Below are positions 44,920-59,809 of a DNA stretch of 64,000 bases, piece after piece. The notes beneath the pieces are model-generated. The model was not told the origin of the DNA. It saw only the letters and a list, made by a program, of their open reading frames with translations, and ran no database searches. The stretch spans positions 20,956,001 through 21,020,000 of the forward strand of contig OZ024746.1 of assembly GCA_964016885.1 (NCBI GenBank). The letters run 5' to 3'. The translations under genes were made by a program, and so were the position numbers. Every line of letters starts with the position of its first letter. Position 1 is the first letter of the stretch. The stretch is from Eledone cirrhosa (lineage: Eukaryota).

Positions 44920-45240
44920 GGTTTTAAAGTGGCGCTGTCGACGGCATGCATGACTGAGAGGCCGGGGGAGTGACCCCAGGTAGAGCTGCTGCTTCTCCGA
45001 ATTGAAAGATCACAACTCTGATACTACGGACATGTGGTCAGAGTGTCTCAGGAAAGAATCACTGGACAGATTTTAGGGGCAACACCAACAGGGAGGAGAC
45101 CCATTGGTAGACCCTCGAGCAAGTGGGTTGGATAACATCCAAGTGCTCGGCTGGTCCCGCATGGGAATCCAGCCGGACCAGTTGAAGACGGTTGCTTATG
45201 ACAGGACTCGCTTGAAGGCATGCTTGAGGACTCTATATTT
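44920..45240 (+). pseudogene. RTE-clade LINE (REX3/Expander-like) 3' ORF fragment, with a stop and a frameshift
   Basis: VELLLLRIERSQL*YYGHVVRVSQERITGQILGATPTGRRPIGRPSSKW / DNIQVLGWSRMGI... Confidence 0.8.
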
Positions 45241-45409
45241 GAATTTTCACTTGTCACATTCTCATATTTCCTTATTTATATCATTAACAGTAACACGTGA
45301 AATGCGTTTTATGAATTAAAAGTATGAGAACCATAAAGAAATACCTGTAATTTGTATTACTTTATCTCTATCTCACACACTCTCTCTAGATATACTTCTC
45401 TATTTAAAC

Positions 45410-45507
<98 letters not shown>

Positions 45508-45709
45508 GTACGTAAGGCGTTGTATTTGCTTAGTTTGACTATTATTTCACTAGCAACTCTTAATTCCGCCATTAAAACCTCATTAAAATATCATGAAAAT
45601 ATCATTAAACTCTTCTCCATACAGTTAGGTATTTCTTAGGTGAATGAACATTTTCTCACTCTACAGTGTTTATTAATGGCGGATTATTTTCGTTTCCCAA
45701 CAATATATG

Positions 45710-45910
45710 TACGAGGGTCGGCTGAAAAGTTCATAGACTGACCAAGATACTCTCATGGAATGTTACCAAATGAGGTTTATTTTTCAACATAGTCTCTGGA
45801 AAGAAACAATGCAGTTATTAATAAGAAGAGTTGAAATTAATGCATGCAAGATCTCACAGCTCTAGCATCACTCCTTCATAGACAGCCTATGAACATTTCA
45901 GCCAACTCGT
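45710..45910. mobile_element. Tc1/mariner MITE, near-consensus copy
   Basis: TACGAGGGTCGGCTGAAAAGTTCATAG...CTATGAACATTTCAGCCAACTCGT. Confidence 0.85.
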
Positions 45911-46166
45911 GAGTGCTAGTGTTGCACACGTAGATTTCAAATGTCTTAAATTTTATGTTACAACATAAAAAGTGGTAAACGTAAACACTAGTATTTCATA
46001 GATTTACAAATACAACGTGTATTATAAAGATTACTACTACGAGGATATAGTTTGGAATTAGGTTTGAATGATAGTATATAAGTAAAATGCGATGACTACC
46101 ATCGTGACTTTTTCATTTGTATAAAGTTTTGGAACCATATTGGTGAATCATTATTTTAATTTATAG

Positions 46167-46595
46167 GGTTGGCAGAATCGGTAGAGCGTCGGACAAAATG
46201 ATTTGCAGTATTTAGTTATAGCCCTTTACGTTCTGAGTTCAAATCCCGCGCAGGTTAGCTTTCCATTTCATCCTTACGGGGGCGATAAAATAAAGCACCA
46301 GTAATGAACTGGGGTCGATTTAATTGACTTTCCACTCCCCAAAATTGCTGGCCTTGTGCCTATAGTAGAAATCATTTTAATCTATTGGGCGGCGGATTGG
46401 CAGTATCTTTAGAGCATCGGACAAGATGCTTAGTGGCATAGAGTTGCGTCCCGTTACGTTCCAAGTTCAAATCCTGCCGAGGTTGGCTTTATCTTTCTCC
46501 CTTAAAGGTTCAATAAAATAAAGTAGCCCCCGCCTCGCCACCACCAAAAAATAAAAAAAATTGTTGGCATTGTTCCTAAATCAGAAACCAATATT
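46167..46595 (+). mobile_element. Two tandem SINE A copies
   Basis: Two head-core-tail units. Confidence 0.85.
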
Positions 46596-47135
46596 TTAGT
46601 TTATATTGCCTGGCAAAATAGCATAACTATTTAGCAATCAAATTTTGTGGATTATTTTAAGTCAGAAAAAGACCTTTGAAAATGATTAAAAGTAATTATT
46701 TTTCAATTATTGGTTGATGAACTATCATTAGAAACTATCAAAACTTACAGGAATTTTATGTTAGATTTTCATTCGTTTATTAATTTATATATCAGCAGAC
46801 TGTGGAAGTGACATCTGATATAGTACAATGCGTCTAAAGATAATTGAACTAATGACCCATAAATTATTAGGTCAATATCTTATCGATTCAAATATTGCTA
46901 TACTTTAGTAATAATCTTTAAATTATCAGTGCATAAACGCAACGCTTAAACTATCTGTTCACGTTAAATATCTTTCATGTACACTGCTGATAATATAACC
47001 ACCATTTCGTTTAAGCTACTGAACCAAATGGCATTTACTGAAATTAATAAAGTATGTATGGGAAGCAGAATTTTTGCACTAAAGTTAATTTAGTCAGTAA
47101 ACGTCACTACATCTCGTAATAAGATGACTTCATTA

Positions 47136-48043
47136 TCTCCTTATAATATATAACCAGCAATTTCTCTGTCTGTCTGTCCGACAGTGTAAACACGTGCGTA
47201 GAGAGAGAGTGAGAGTGAAAGAAAGAGACAGACTACGAGAGGGGGATAGCGGGAGGGAGAGAGGGAGAGAGAGAGAGTGAATAGACGCTAAACAACGTGC
47301 TACAGAAATATTACCTTCCCCCTCTCCACTGACTTTGGTCACTGAGGCCGAGGGAATCGCTGGTTGCTATAGAGACACCTTGCACAAGCCAGAAGTAACC
47401 AGTTCGAGGCGGTTCTGACTTGACACCATGCGAAGAAGGTTGCCATTGAATTTGAGGTTGTTGCTGCTGATAATAAGGACCATTTGAAGAAGGTTGCTGC
47501 TGATGAGGTAATTTAATAATCAGATTGCGCAGTTCCATAAGCTACGTTTGATTTGTTCAATTTTTTTCTTCAATTTTTTTTTTTTTTAAAAATTTCTTAT
47601 TGAAAAAAATGAATAATAAAATAAGGTTAGAAATTTAAATACAATTAAATAAGATTTAATTTACATTTTTAGCAGCCAATGTCCAGTGTTCATTTTCATG
47701 AAAAAATTGGAAATAATTAAAAAAATTGAAGTTTAACTTTTGAACATTTGTTTTGACAATAAAAAAATATTTCCTTATTCACACCTAATGGTATGATTAA
47801 AATTTCATAGGAATATTTTTTTCTAGCCGCCAGTTATTTATTTTCTCCATTTTCGTTTTAACATATATTTATTTCAAAGATTTCACCGAATAGATAACAT
47901 ATATATTTATACATGCATAAAAGACACACCGAAAGACGGTGAACATGTGGTGCCGAAAACATTTCTCATCCAAATCTCAACAATATCAGTATATACACTA
48001 GATTTGCTAGCAGAAAACCGCCCACCGGGTGGTTTTCTGCTAG
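47136..48043 (+). mobile_element. Non-autonomous Helitron
   Basis: A|TC start TCTCCTTATAATATATAA plus (TGTC)n, 3' hairpin, and CTAG|T end. Confidence 0.6.
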
Positions 48044-48290
48044 TCTATATATCTAAAACAGAGAATGTCTGTCTGTCTGTCTGTCTGATTCCCTAAAACT
48101 CGAGAACCATCTAACCGATTGTTTTCAAACTTTACACATGTAATACTTATGGTCCTGTGAGTGTTTTGAGTAAAACGAATTTCAAATTTTCTATGCCCTA
48201 GGCCCGCCCGCATTAGGCGATTTAGCGATCTCTCTCTATAATTCTTAGTCTTTCTTTTTAGATAAATACATAGATATAACGTTGTGCCCT
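48044..48290 (+). mobile_element. 5' part of a second Helitron (DINE/HINE-like head) directly abutting the first
   Basis: TCTATATATCTAAAA...(TGTC)n...AACCGATTGTTTTCAAACTTTACAC. A SINE A tail fragment follows at 48292-48342. Confidence 0.65.
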
Positions 48291-50221
48291 TATAATTGTT
48301 TCTACTTTAGGCACAAGGCCAGCAATTACCCAGTGCATTACTGTCTGTATGTCTGGCTGTCTGCATTACGTCATTATGACGCGATCAGTGTATGTGTATA
48401 TATGTATATATAGTGTGTGTATATATATATTTTTAGCATATCTTCGCCATCATCATGCGGGGTAAATAATTCAGCATTTTGTCTACTGGGACTATCAAAC
48501 ACTTCATGATTTCCCTTGTTTATTAATGATGTCTTTTAATTTAAAACAATCAATAAACAGAAAAAATTAGTTGCTTATTTATTTCGTCATCTCAGCCATT
48601 TCATGTAGTATTGGTTAACATTCATTTCATTCATAGCTTAGTCCCATGAGGAGGGATAATGATCCCGTGACTGTTTTGTCACATTAGGAGATCTTTACTG
48701 TATTCATTTGATATCATCTGCATCGCTTTATCTTGTCTTCAGTTTTATACAACTTAATATCGAAGTTTGATTATTACCGTTTATTTTCCGAAAATAGCTA
48801 CGATCAACAATGATATTTTCGGCTGTTTTTAATTAGTGTATTTTTATCTTTTGATTTATATAGGTCCGGGTTTTTATACAAGCACTTCAATATTTATGAA
48901 TGTGTTAGTATCGATATTTAATTAAAATAATGCCAATGACAAACTCGCTCCTAGTATGTTTTGGACATGAAGCATTATTTTTTCCGATACATCGATCGCC
49001 TAAATATCAATTAAAATTTTCTGGGAAAATATATCTGAAAACATGTGCAGCAAAATCTCCTAACCAGCAAGAATATGAGATTATTCCACCGTAATGTTAA
49101 TGTATGTATAGTATAACACAGATCGCCGTTTGTGCTATATGGAGATTGGTGTAGGGAGATGTATGCCATCGATCATCTTTCTAAAGCTAATAGAAATTTA
49201 ATCAAAATTGCCTTGTTCCCTAACTCATTAAAATATTTCAATTAAACTATATAAATTGCGTCGGTAGCACACTGTAACAAACGTAGGTTTAACATAACAA
49301 TGTGTACATGCAAGATATAACACATCAATATACATATGGATGACAGCAATTTACGATTTGATGATGAAGCGGGGGAATTCGTATATATTTAAAAATTTAA
49401 TATACTAAACGGAACAATCTAAACAATAAACGTAGGATGTAATCAATGATAATTATGTATTATATTCTCGACATTTCATTATATTGAACTGAACACGAAA
49501 GCGTAAGATATGAAGTAGATACAGAGCATGCGATTCTATACGGAATTTTCATCGAACTACATGCATAGTTAATGAATTGTGTGATCTGAGAAGGAAGTAT
49601 ATAGGGAATACCGAAAAATATTATTCAGTGATAATACAACATGGCCATTTGTTTGAAGATAAACTTCTAAAATTCCCTGGCGCCTAAAATACCTAAATGG
49701 TCATTCGTATCGTGTAAAGGGAATATATAATATAAATTATTTCTGGAATAGAAAGAGATTGTAATGGGAAAGATTTGGTTTGAGCTGGAAGATAAATTCG
49801 TTTTGGATGAACGCAAAGAAGTCATGAATACTTTCTAATGGCTACTTGGTAATATTCTATACAGACATGTGAATTAGGTATTCTGTCAAAAAGAAAAAAA
49901 AGCATAAAACAATCGTAACTGATTTGAACTTATGACACAAGAAGCAGTAAAGGGATAACCACATGTTATTTATTTCACACTTCTGAAATTGTATATTGTC
50001 AATGAAAATATATATACCAAGAGAAGAAAATGTGAATAGAATAGAAATATCTTAGAGTAAAATATTATCCAAAAGTTTGTAAATAAATTTCCAGTCTCTG
50101 AAATGTTACTAGATATTTTACATATTTATTTCACCTCTCGAATATTCGAATATAATTATGTAGTGACACACACTTCATATAAATCATACCACTCTCTCTA
50201 TATATCTCTCGCTCTTGCTCC

Positions 50222-50272
<51 letters not shown>

Positions 50273-50454
50273 ATATATATATATATTTATATATATATAT
50301 ATGCCGATAGGATTAAACTCTGAACTATCTTTTACCTATCTTGCTGTGGACTATCAAATCTCATTTGAGCTCTGAATTATTCTTTGCCTTTATATGGTTG
50401 TGTTATCAACTCGTCTAAACACGCGCGCACACACACACACACGCACACGCACAT

Positions 50455-50520
<66 letters not shown>

Positions 50521-50549
50521 GAAATATGGTACTTAAAATGATTTGTTTC

Positions 50550-50860
50550 CCGTATCTTTGTGTCAGTTTTTGTTTTATATTACGATATAAGTTGAGCCTC
50601 CATATCTGTTCACCTTGTTTTATATGTATTCACATTCAATGGTCATTTACAGTACTTTCTGAGGGGGTGTTAGTATTTGGTATTTTTGTAGTATATACGA
50701 ACTATGAATTCGTGGTTAGGATTCATGCATGTTGGGTTTCGTTTTATGAGATTTTTTTTTTTATAACCAGAGTATATTTGCTTCTTATCTTATATCGAGT
50801 ATATGATTTGTGTATAATTTCTAGCTGATGCTTCTGTTGTATCTGGGTGATTAGACAAAT
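50550..50860 (-). pseudogene. Decayed Penelope-like element fragment (RT C-terminus/linker before GIY-YIG)
   Basis: Minus translation DKKQIYSGYKK..NLIKRNPTCMNPNHEFIVRIYYKNTK resembles the PLE pattern YKNQM..NYK..E...K.II..N....L.L.IYYK..K (recalled pattern). Confidence 0.5.
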
Positions 50861-51210
50861 ATAAAACACAGAACATACTGCAAATGAGCAATGAATGAAA
50901 TATATAAATTTTAATGCAAAGATGAAAGTTGCAAATTTCATGAATAAAATTGTTACATCGGTCACACAAGCCGTACGTTTCTCCTCGGTTAATCATGCAC
51001 ATAAAAAGAACCAGCAAAACACATTTCCATACATGCAAATCTAATTAGATAGATTTATATTAGTTGATAACACTACAGTGTCATAATATGAGTCAAAATT
51101 AACACACAGATACAGCGTGAAACCAATTCTTATGACTGTCATGCTTAAACCATTGACACATTTTAATTTAGTTTATATACATCGATACACACACACATAC
51201 ATATATACAT

Positions 51211-51909
<699 letters not shown>

Positions 51910-52208
51910 AGAAAGACGAAACATTAGACATAAAATAAAATAAATATATAATATACCAATATTATAAACAATACAAAGAAATACACAGATACATGAGAAT
52001 AGATACATATACATGCATATACCCACATATATCCCTGAATTTGTGTGGTGCCAACCTTAACCGTTGTTGCTCTATGAATAATAGGGACAAAATAATCTGA
52101 ATGGATTAGATTCATTGAATATCAGAACTATATAATACATTATAAAGAAAGAAGAAACATTAGACATAAAATGAAAAAAATATATAATATACCTAAATTC
52201 CCTTATTA

Positions 52209-52230
52209 TCCTCGACTACGTAGTTTCGTG
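52209..52230 (-). ncRNA. 3' half of a hammerhead ribozyme
   Basis: Minus strand reads CAC-GAAA-CTACGTAG-TC-GAGGA, with palindromic stem III ACTACGTAGT and a GUC site. No CUGANGA half is present. Confidence 0.5.
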
Positions 52231-52271
52231 GCTACTATGTAAAAACATCGCATGTGTCTGTATTTCTTTGT

Positions 52272-52363
<92 letters not shown>

Positions 52364-52527
52364 CTGACGAAACATAAGTCAATTGCATGAACTCATAATC
52401 CTTTATTTACTGCTATATATATTTTAATGATAGCCATTGAATGGCTACGACCTCATCAGGCAGTTAGTCAGTTCTTAGATATGCCAGCTCTGTGTTTATG
52501 GTGTTGATGGTATCAGAGCCTTGGGAC

Positions 52528-52586
<59 letters not shown>

Positions 52587-52589
<3 letters not shown>

Positions 52590-52686
52590 GGTGTCCCCAA
52601 AACATGTATACACACGTTGATTACCTGTTCAGGCAACATTTATTAGAATGCTGTTGAAGTGTGTATACATTTTCTGAGACACCCTG
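52587..52686. mobile_element. 100-bp Tc1/mariner-like MITE
   Basis: CAGGGTGTCCCCAAAACATGTATACAC...GTGTATACATTTTCTGAGACACCCTG. Confidence 0.8.
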
Positions 52687-52696
52687 TGTGTGTATA

Positions 52697-52826
<130 letters not shown>

Positions 52827-53024
52827 TGTGTATGGAATGAACTTTGAAACAGATGTAACTTCTGTCTTAACGTTTATTTCATGCATGATAACACCGTTTG
52901 ATTACCACTCTAAGCTGGATGGACACAACTGACAACTGACGTGGAGTGCTCTCACCTGCTTAAACCCGTTTATCAACGAGAAGTCATTATGCAACTCTTA
53001 AGGATAAACATCATACCAACTAAC

Positions 53025-53098
<74 letters not shown>

Positions 53099-53163
53099 CT
53101 CTTTTACTCTTTTACCTATTTCAGCCATCCATACTTATATATATATATATATTTATATATAGG

Positions 53164-53225
<62 letters not shown>

Positions 53226-53364
53226 TGTATATATAAATATGTACATATATATATATATTCGTATATATATATATCATCGTCATCGTTTTAGGTGGGTTCT
53301 TTTCATTATATCTCTCTTCACTTGTCTTCTCTTCCTTTGTCATCGACTTTGCGTGTCTCAATTC

Positions 53365-53560
53365 TCCTTGGAAACACTTAAATCATATATGGAGGAGTGC
53401 AGTTGTATTTATAATCGTTAGGAAAGTCATTAGAAGAATACATTTCGAGATCTATCAAGCTCATTTTAATGATGAATTCATCAAGCTCGGGCCATAAGAT
53501 GGCTGCCGTGAGGTGGTAACAGTGGGGAGGAGATTTATATATGGTGAACAATAGTTCAAA
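53365..53560 (+). pseudogene. Highly decayed Penelope-like RT fragment
   Basis: Frameshifted pieces LEEYISRSIKLIL / HFNDEFIK / GHKMA resemble the PLE RT pattern IKLIL.NN.F.FNDEFY.Q..GTAMGTKMAP (recalled pattern). Confidence 0.4.
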
Positions 53561-53853
53561 TAAATGTAAGGCAACCAACTTTCTATTGATCATTATCATA
53601 TTAGATTCTAAATTAATGTTATTCTAGAACAATTAATACAAAAGATAGTTTCTTAAAGAATATAAGAATCCAATTCCCCATAGCATTTTACCAAACTACG
53701 GTCAATTATCTTATAATGTATATAAATTTCCAACCAAAGTAATAGATATTAAAATGTCATCCAATAGATAGAGATATACACGCACATTCTCATAAGTATA
53801 TGTACGTACGTATAGTTTTCATACACACATAGACGTATTTCGAAGCTCGCAAA

Positions 53854-53892
<39 letters not shown>

Positions 53893-53970
53893 CAAGTGGA
53901 TAGCTATTGTTACGAAGAAAGATATATGCAAATACACACACATTCAAATAAACTCCTAAACGTGCGATTG

Positions 53971-54094
<124 letters not shown>

Positions 54095-54401
54095 CAAACA
54101 TATATATAGTGTGAAGAGTTTCTGTGGACTATATAAAAGAAAAAGAGCACTCTATGTTCATTACAGAACTAAAGTATATTATAAATAATTTCTCAACACA
54201 GTTGCATGCTACCTCAGGTTTCAAAGCTTACCCTAGCATGGGTCTCAGAGATGGTATATCTGCTAGTGAACACTACCATATATACCGTTTCTAAGTGCAG
54301 GGTTTGAAACTGAAGTTAGCATGCAACGCTGTTGAGAATTTGTTTATAATAATGATACTAATAATAACGTATATATATATATATATGTGGTTGTGAGTGT
54401 G

Positions 54402-54475
<74 letters not shown>

Positions 54476-54607
54476 AATGCATATATATGTATACGGTATT
54501 TATTACTATACGTTCCGTCATGTTTTACGGAACTGTGGTAGTATTTATGTATGTCTGCGGGAGCACCTGTCTGCATGTGTGTGCATATATATATATATAT
54601 ATATATA

Positions 54608-54748
54608 GGAAAAAGTATGACCCCGACGGCAGAGCTCAAGCCGTTTCAACGGCTATTTCTGGACTCATTTCCCACTCTACTACTCTAAGTATTGAGTACT
54701 CTGGTGCGTTATGGTCCATCTGGTTCCTTACCACATTTCCTTTGTTAT
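54608..54748. mobile_element. HHR-associated repeat family D, copy 1 (inverted arm joined to the downstream body)
   Basis: Matches 61404-61590. The minus strand has GAAAC-GGC-TTGAGCTCT-GCC-GTC-GGGG. Confidence 0.7.
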
Positions 54749-55291
54749 GTATGTATGTATGTATGTATGTATGTATGTATGTATGTATGTATGTATGCAT
54801 GTATGTATGTATATATATATATACACAGTATATATATATATGTGCGTGTGTGTGTGCGTGTGTGTGTGTGTGTATGCATATAAAAGTATGATGAAATGTA
54901 GCTTTTTTGAATTACCTCAAAAACGTGAATTCTTTGAAATATATAAAGCATTCACAGCTAATGTATTGTAGTATATTATATAAATGATGATAAGTGATTC
55001 CATTGATGCCATTGTTATATTTCAAACACAGGGTATTCCAATTGTATATTTGAAATTTCGTGTCTTTATATTTCAATTAAAAGAATCAAATGATATTTGA
55101 AATGAGATGTAAAAGGAGACAAATAAAAAACAATTGCCTCTTCAATTTTCTTGTCAGCAATAGATGAATAAAAAGTTAATGCATCATTCTGGTCTCGTAA
55201 AATTTAAAATTCCAACCCTAAAAAAACTTGCAGCGCAAGGGCATATATATATATATATATATAAATGTGTGTGTATGTGTGTGTCTATATA

Positions 55292-55437
<146 letters not shown>

Positions 55438-55665
55438 TGTCAAGTATAATTCTGTTTACCTGGCGGTGTGAGTAATGAAATCCTATTCAAACACAATTGC
55501 ATGCAATTATCAAGAAACAATTACTTCTAATTATCAATAGGATATAACTTCTAGTTACAAATTTGTAAATTATAATCAACTAATTGAAATAATGCAACAG
55601 GAATAAAAGGTTGTATCGCTCTGTTTATATTGTACCGAATATGCTGATTTTTGCTACTTTCAATA

Positions 55666-56063
55666 TACGAGGGTCGACTGAAATGTTCATAGGCTGACCA
55701 AGATAACCTCAGGGAATGACCAAATAGGTTTATTTTTCAACATAGTCGCCGGAAAGAAATAATAATGGTTTCTGATTTAGACAGAAGGCCATCAATTTTG
55801 GGGGAGCGAAAGTCGATTAAATCGACCCCAGTGCGTTACTGCTACTTTATTTTATCGACCCCGGAAAGATGAAAGGCGAAGCTAACCTCGGCGAGATTTG
55901 AACTCAGGACGCAAAGAGTCATAACTCTATCGTGTAAAATATGGTGTCTGACGTTCTACCGATATTGCCAATACGAAGAGTTGATAGTAATGCTTGCAAT
56001 ATTTCACAAATCTAGCATCACTCCTTCATAATCAGCCAATGAAATTCTCAGCACACCGTCGTA
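55666..56063. mobile_element. Tc1/mariner MITE with a nested SINE A (55760-55974, minus strand)
   Basis: MITE ends TACGAGGGTCGACTGAAA...CGTCGTA. The SINE interrupts between GGAAAGAAA and GAAGAGTTG. Confidence 0.85.
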
Positions 56064-56380
56064 CAGTTTGCCTCTCTGTTTATCTGCTAAAGATATAAAT
56101 TCACATTCCGTCCTACATATTCGTGACAGTCGTTATCTGTAATTCTTCTTTATATACTCTCCTTTCTTCCTTTTTCTTCACAAAGCCAAGTGTTTCAACG
56201 ATCTAAAACCCTATGGACATCTATGTTGGTGAGATGTGACTCTGTCGGGAAAGATTCAAACAACTTGCATGACAAAAGCAGTGAGACTATTTATCCTAAA
56301 TAGTTATAGGAATCGACTTGGTATCCAGAAATTCACTTTTAAGAACATCGGCAAAATTTTTTAAATGTACCGAAAACCCG

Positions 56381-56575
56381 AATAATAATAATTGTTTCTA
56401 CTTTAGGCACAAGACCAGCAATTACCCAGTGCATTACTGGTACTTTATTTTATCGACCCCGTAAGGATGAAAGGCAAAGTCAACCTCGGCGGGATTTGAA
56501 CTCAGATCGTAAAGGGACGTAACTATGCTGGAAAGCATGGCGTCCTTCCCTCTACCGATACTGCCAATCCACCGA
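56381..56575 (-). mobile_element. SINE family A, full length and young
   Basis: Near-consensus copy, flanked by the direct repeat AACCCGAATAATAATAAT at about 56375 and 56575. Confidence 0.9.
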
Positions 56576-56882
56576 ACCCGAATAATAATAATACGGAGAA
56601 GTCCAATATATATTTCAGACACGAAGTTGACACTGCTCGAAAAATAATAATGAATATATCCTAATTAAAAAAATATATTTATCCAGACTAATTTGATTTC
56701 TGCTATTATGTATATATTTGCATATATACATAACTGCAATTATACAGCAGTGCAATGGGGTCATGAGGGAAGAGAGCAGCTTTCTTAGAATTATACATTT
56801 AGATACACTTCGTGAATATCTAGTCAACGATTAAAATTACACTATACAGTCGTCGTAGGCCAGTGTCACATGACTATATAGT

Positions 56883-57100
56883 AGTTTCTGATTTAGGCAC
56901 AAGGCCAACAATTTTGTGTGGGGCGGAAAATCGATTAAATCGACTCCAGTATGTTGCTGGTACTTTATTTTATCGATCCAGCAAAGATGAAATGGCAAAG
57001 CTAATCTCGACGCGATTTTACTCAGAACGGAAGGGGACTTAACTATATGTCACAAAACCTGTTGTCCGATGCTCTACCGATACTGCTAATCCAACGCCCT
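56883..57100 (-). mobile_element. SINE family A, long variant
   Basis: Reverse complement of tail, core and head. Confidence 0.8.
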
Positions 57101-57849
57101 TACGCCATTAAATTGATGATTTCTTTATTAGTCTGACTCTCCGTACCAAACGAATGCAATCTTCAGAATCTACTAGGCGGAACTACGGAGCTTTTATGAA
57201 TCCGATAACAGGCTTCTGACCGAAAGCTACTGGTTCGTGATCCACCTATTCAGAATGTGCACTTGGAGACTACTCTCTCACTCTTTTTGCATCTCAGAAA
57301 TGTTGTGCTAATTGTATAACAATGCCTGTAGGGCTTATTCCGAACCTGCAACAGTCTTCTCGGTAGAATAGCAAGGTTAAAGATGATTGGAAATTACCAC
57401 TATCCTTCGACATAAGCTTGCCCCATAAAATCTCTTGGAATATTATTATCAATGCTTAGATTATCTCCACAGCATCTTAGCCCCTCCACAAACACAAACT
57501 TACACCATAATACAAGTATAGAACATCTTGTGGTTAACTGTATGAATTGGACGGCAATACTCCAAGCGTCAGAATAACAAGCTGTGCATAATTATGCCCG
57601 ATGGAATATGAATAACTCTTAACAATAAAGAGTTCTCACATTGAAACAAGGTAATGTGTTATGAGAAAAGTATAGAATCAATACATTTGACAGGAACTTA
57701 CTTTATTGGCCGTGGTCACATAAAAAACACATCGATAATGTTTGTCTTTAAATCTAGAAGAATGGAATTATATACTGTTCGTGCGTATACTTTCTCCCCC
57801 CCCCCCTCAAATGATTTAATATAAAATGCATATTTAATGTCTGATAAAT

Positions 57850-58120
57850 AGGTGGCGAATTAGCAGAGTCGTCTGAACGCCAGATAGAATACTTTGCGGT
57901 ATATGTTTCGACTCTCTGAGTTCAAATCATGCCATGGTCAACTTTGCGTTTCATCCATTCGAGGTCGATAAAAAAAATGTACCAATCTATTACTGGAGTT
58001 AATTATCTACCACTCAGTATCCTTCAGTGGAAAAAATCTGCTGTGGACTCTGCCAGGTTTAAATATGACATAGAAAATCCGTATGTCAATACGACTCCCT
58101 CAGGAGTTACGGAGCTATGC
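57850..58120 (+). mobile_element. Older SINE A-related subfamily with extended tail
   Basis: Aligns with 15235-15570. Confidence 0.65.
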
Positions 58121-59809
58121 AAGTAGAACATTTTAAACCGATGAATAAATATGGTTGTCCGAAACGAATTGTATTGTAAATTTCTTTCTTCGACAAATAA
58201 CTAAAACTATAAAGAACACGTTTGAACTGCCAAAAAGTTTGAAATATGTCCTGACAAACTCCCAAAATTACACGACATATATATGAAATAGGATTTTGAA
58301 ATTGCAAATAGAAAGTATTATCCTAAACTATATGAATTTTGTATTATTCATTGAAAATCGATGTTCTATAATTTGTGTTTCCTGTTTTTACAAGGTAATA
58401 GTCTATTTTTTCTAAACCCATCCTTTCAAATGAGCATTATAAGAGGAATCTGAGATAGACATCTTATCATTAATTCAGTAACAGTTTTAGGAAAAATATA
58501 TTCCTGTTATATCATATATGAATTAGAACCAATAAAATGATGATTACAAACAGATAACATACGATATAATATCTGATAGAAGAATGAAATAACAAATTTG
58601 AACGTTGACACACATCAGTATTTGAGGGTTATAGCATGGCTATAAATTGAATAAAAATGAACAAATAAGATTTATTACTGTATTACTTTAGCGTAATTGA
58701 GGTAAATATAATTCACCATCTTTTAACAAGATGCATTAATGACGGACAATCAAAATAACTCTATTTAATAAAAGGAAAACTCACGAAGAAAAAGAAATGA
58801 TAAAATATTATGAAAAATAGTAAACATTTTCTTTCAAAATGTTCGTAATGTTCAAAACTAAGTCCTGAAATAAATAAAGGTTTTGTTAGATTATTTCACC
58901 TCTTGTAATCTATGCTCATTAATTAATTCAAACAATGTCAAGGAAACTTGGAATGTCATGTATCTTTTCGGATGTATATCTAGAAAAATAATAGAACAGC
59001 CATTAATATAAATTGGAGTTTGGGTGGTTGCAGTTAAAGTAAATATAGATTAGAATAACGCCAGCAAAAGCAATCAGGTTGCTATTATTAAAGTTGATAT
59101 ATGGCCAAGACGAATAGAAAATCTGATAGGAGGTAACAAGCTATGCTATCTTCATTTTATTTTCATATTAGAAATCAATAGAACTACAGCAAATTAAGTA
59201 ATAACTCGTATGCTATGGCATTGTTAAGTATTGATTTCTTTTCTAGATGTCGAATAAAATGTGGGCTTTCTTTGTCATATGCTAAGAAATATGAATAAAT
59301 TCTTATCATTTTCTTTCAAAGTATGGTATTATTTTCAAACAGAACATCTTGTAAGTTTCATTCTTCTAGAAGATACATTAACTATGGGAAAATATATAAC
59401 AGTAGATAAGCATTTGCTTTGATTTGTTTCGATTTTAAATCTTAAAGAAATAACTTCCCCTTTCCTGAAAAAAATGTGGTTATTTCCCTACTAAGAATGT
59501 CTTGCAAAACATTGTTTATGTTCTGAAACAGCTATAGAATACTCAAGGGGAAATATAATCTGTTATGTTTTCATCCCATGAACTGTACACGACCTGGAAT
59601 TTTAGATTTCAAGCTAAAGAAAATTCGTATACAGACCCAATTCACATCACGCAAGTATATATATATATATATATATATATACAGTTTGACAATCCCCACC
59701 GACGAATGCGAGAAATTTCTCCATGAAAGTTAACCAAGAATCTTTAAAAAAATCTCCCACCGAAGTTAACAAAGAACTTACTGGATCTACCAAATCTAAT
59801 TTTAAAATT

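Noticed and set aside
47500-47525. CTGATGAGG hammerhead core
   Set aside because: No stem II closure or GAAA follows.
50790-51038. Cys-rich secreted peptide-like ORF (MHVWKCVLLVLF...)
   Set aside because: It depends on a non-ATG start, runs into the decayed PLE-like fragment, and has no recognisable family.
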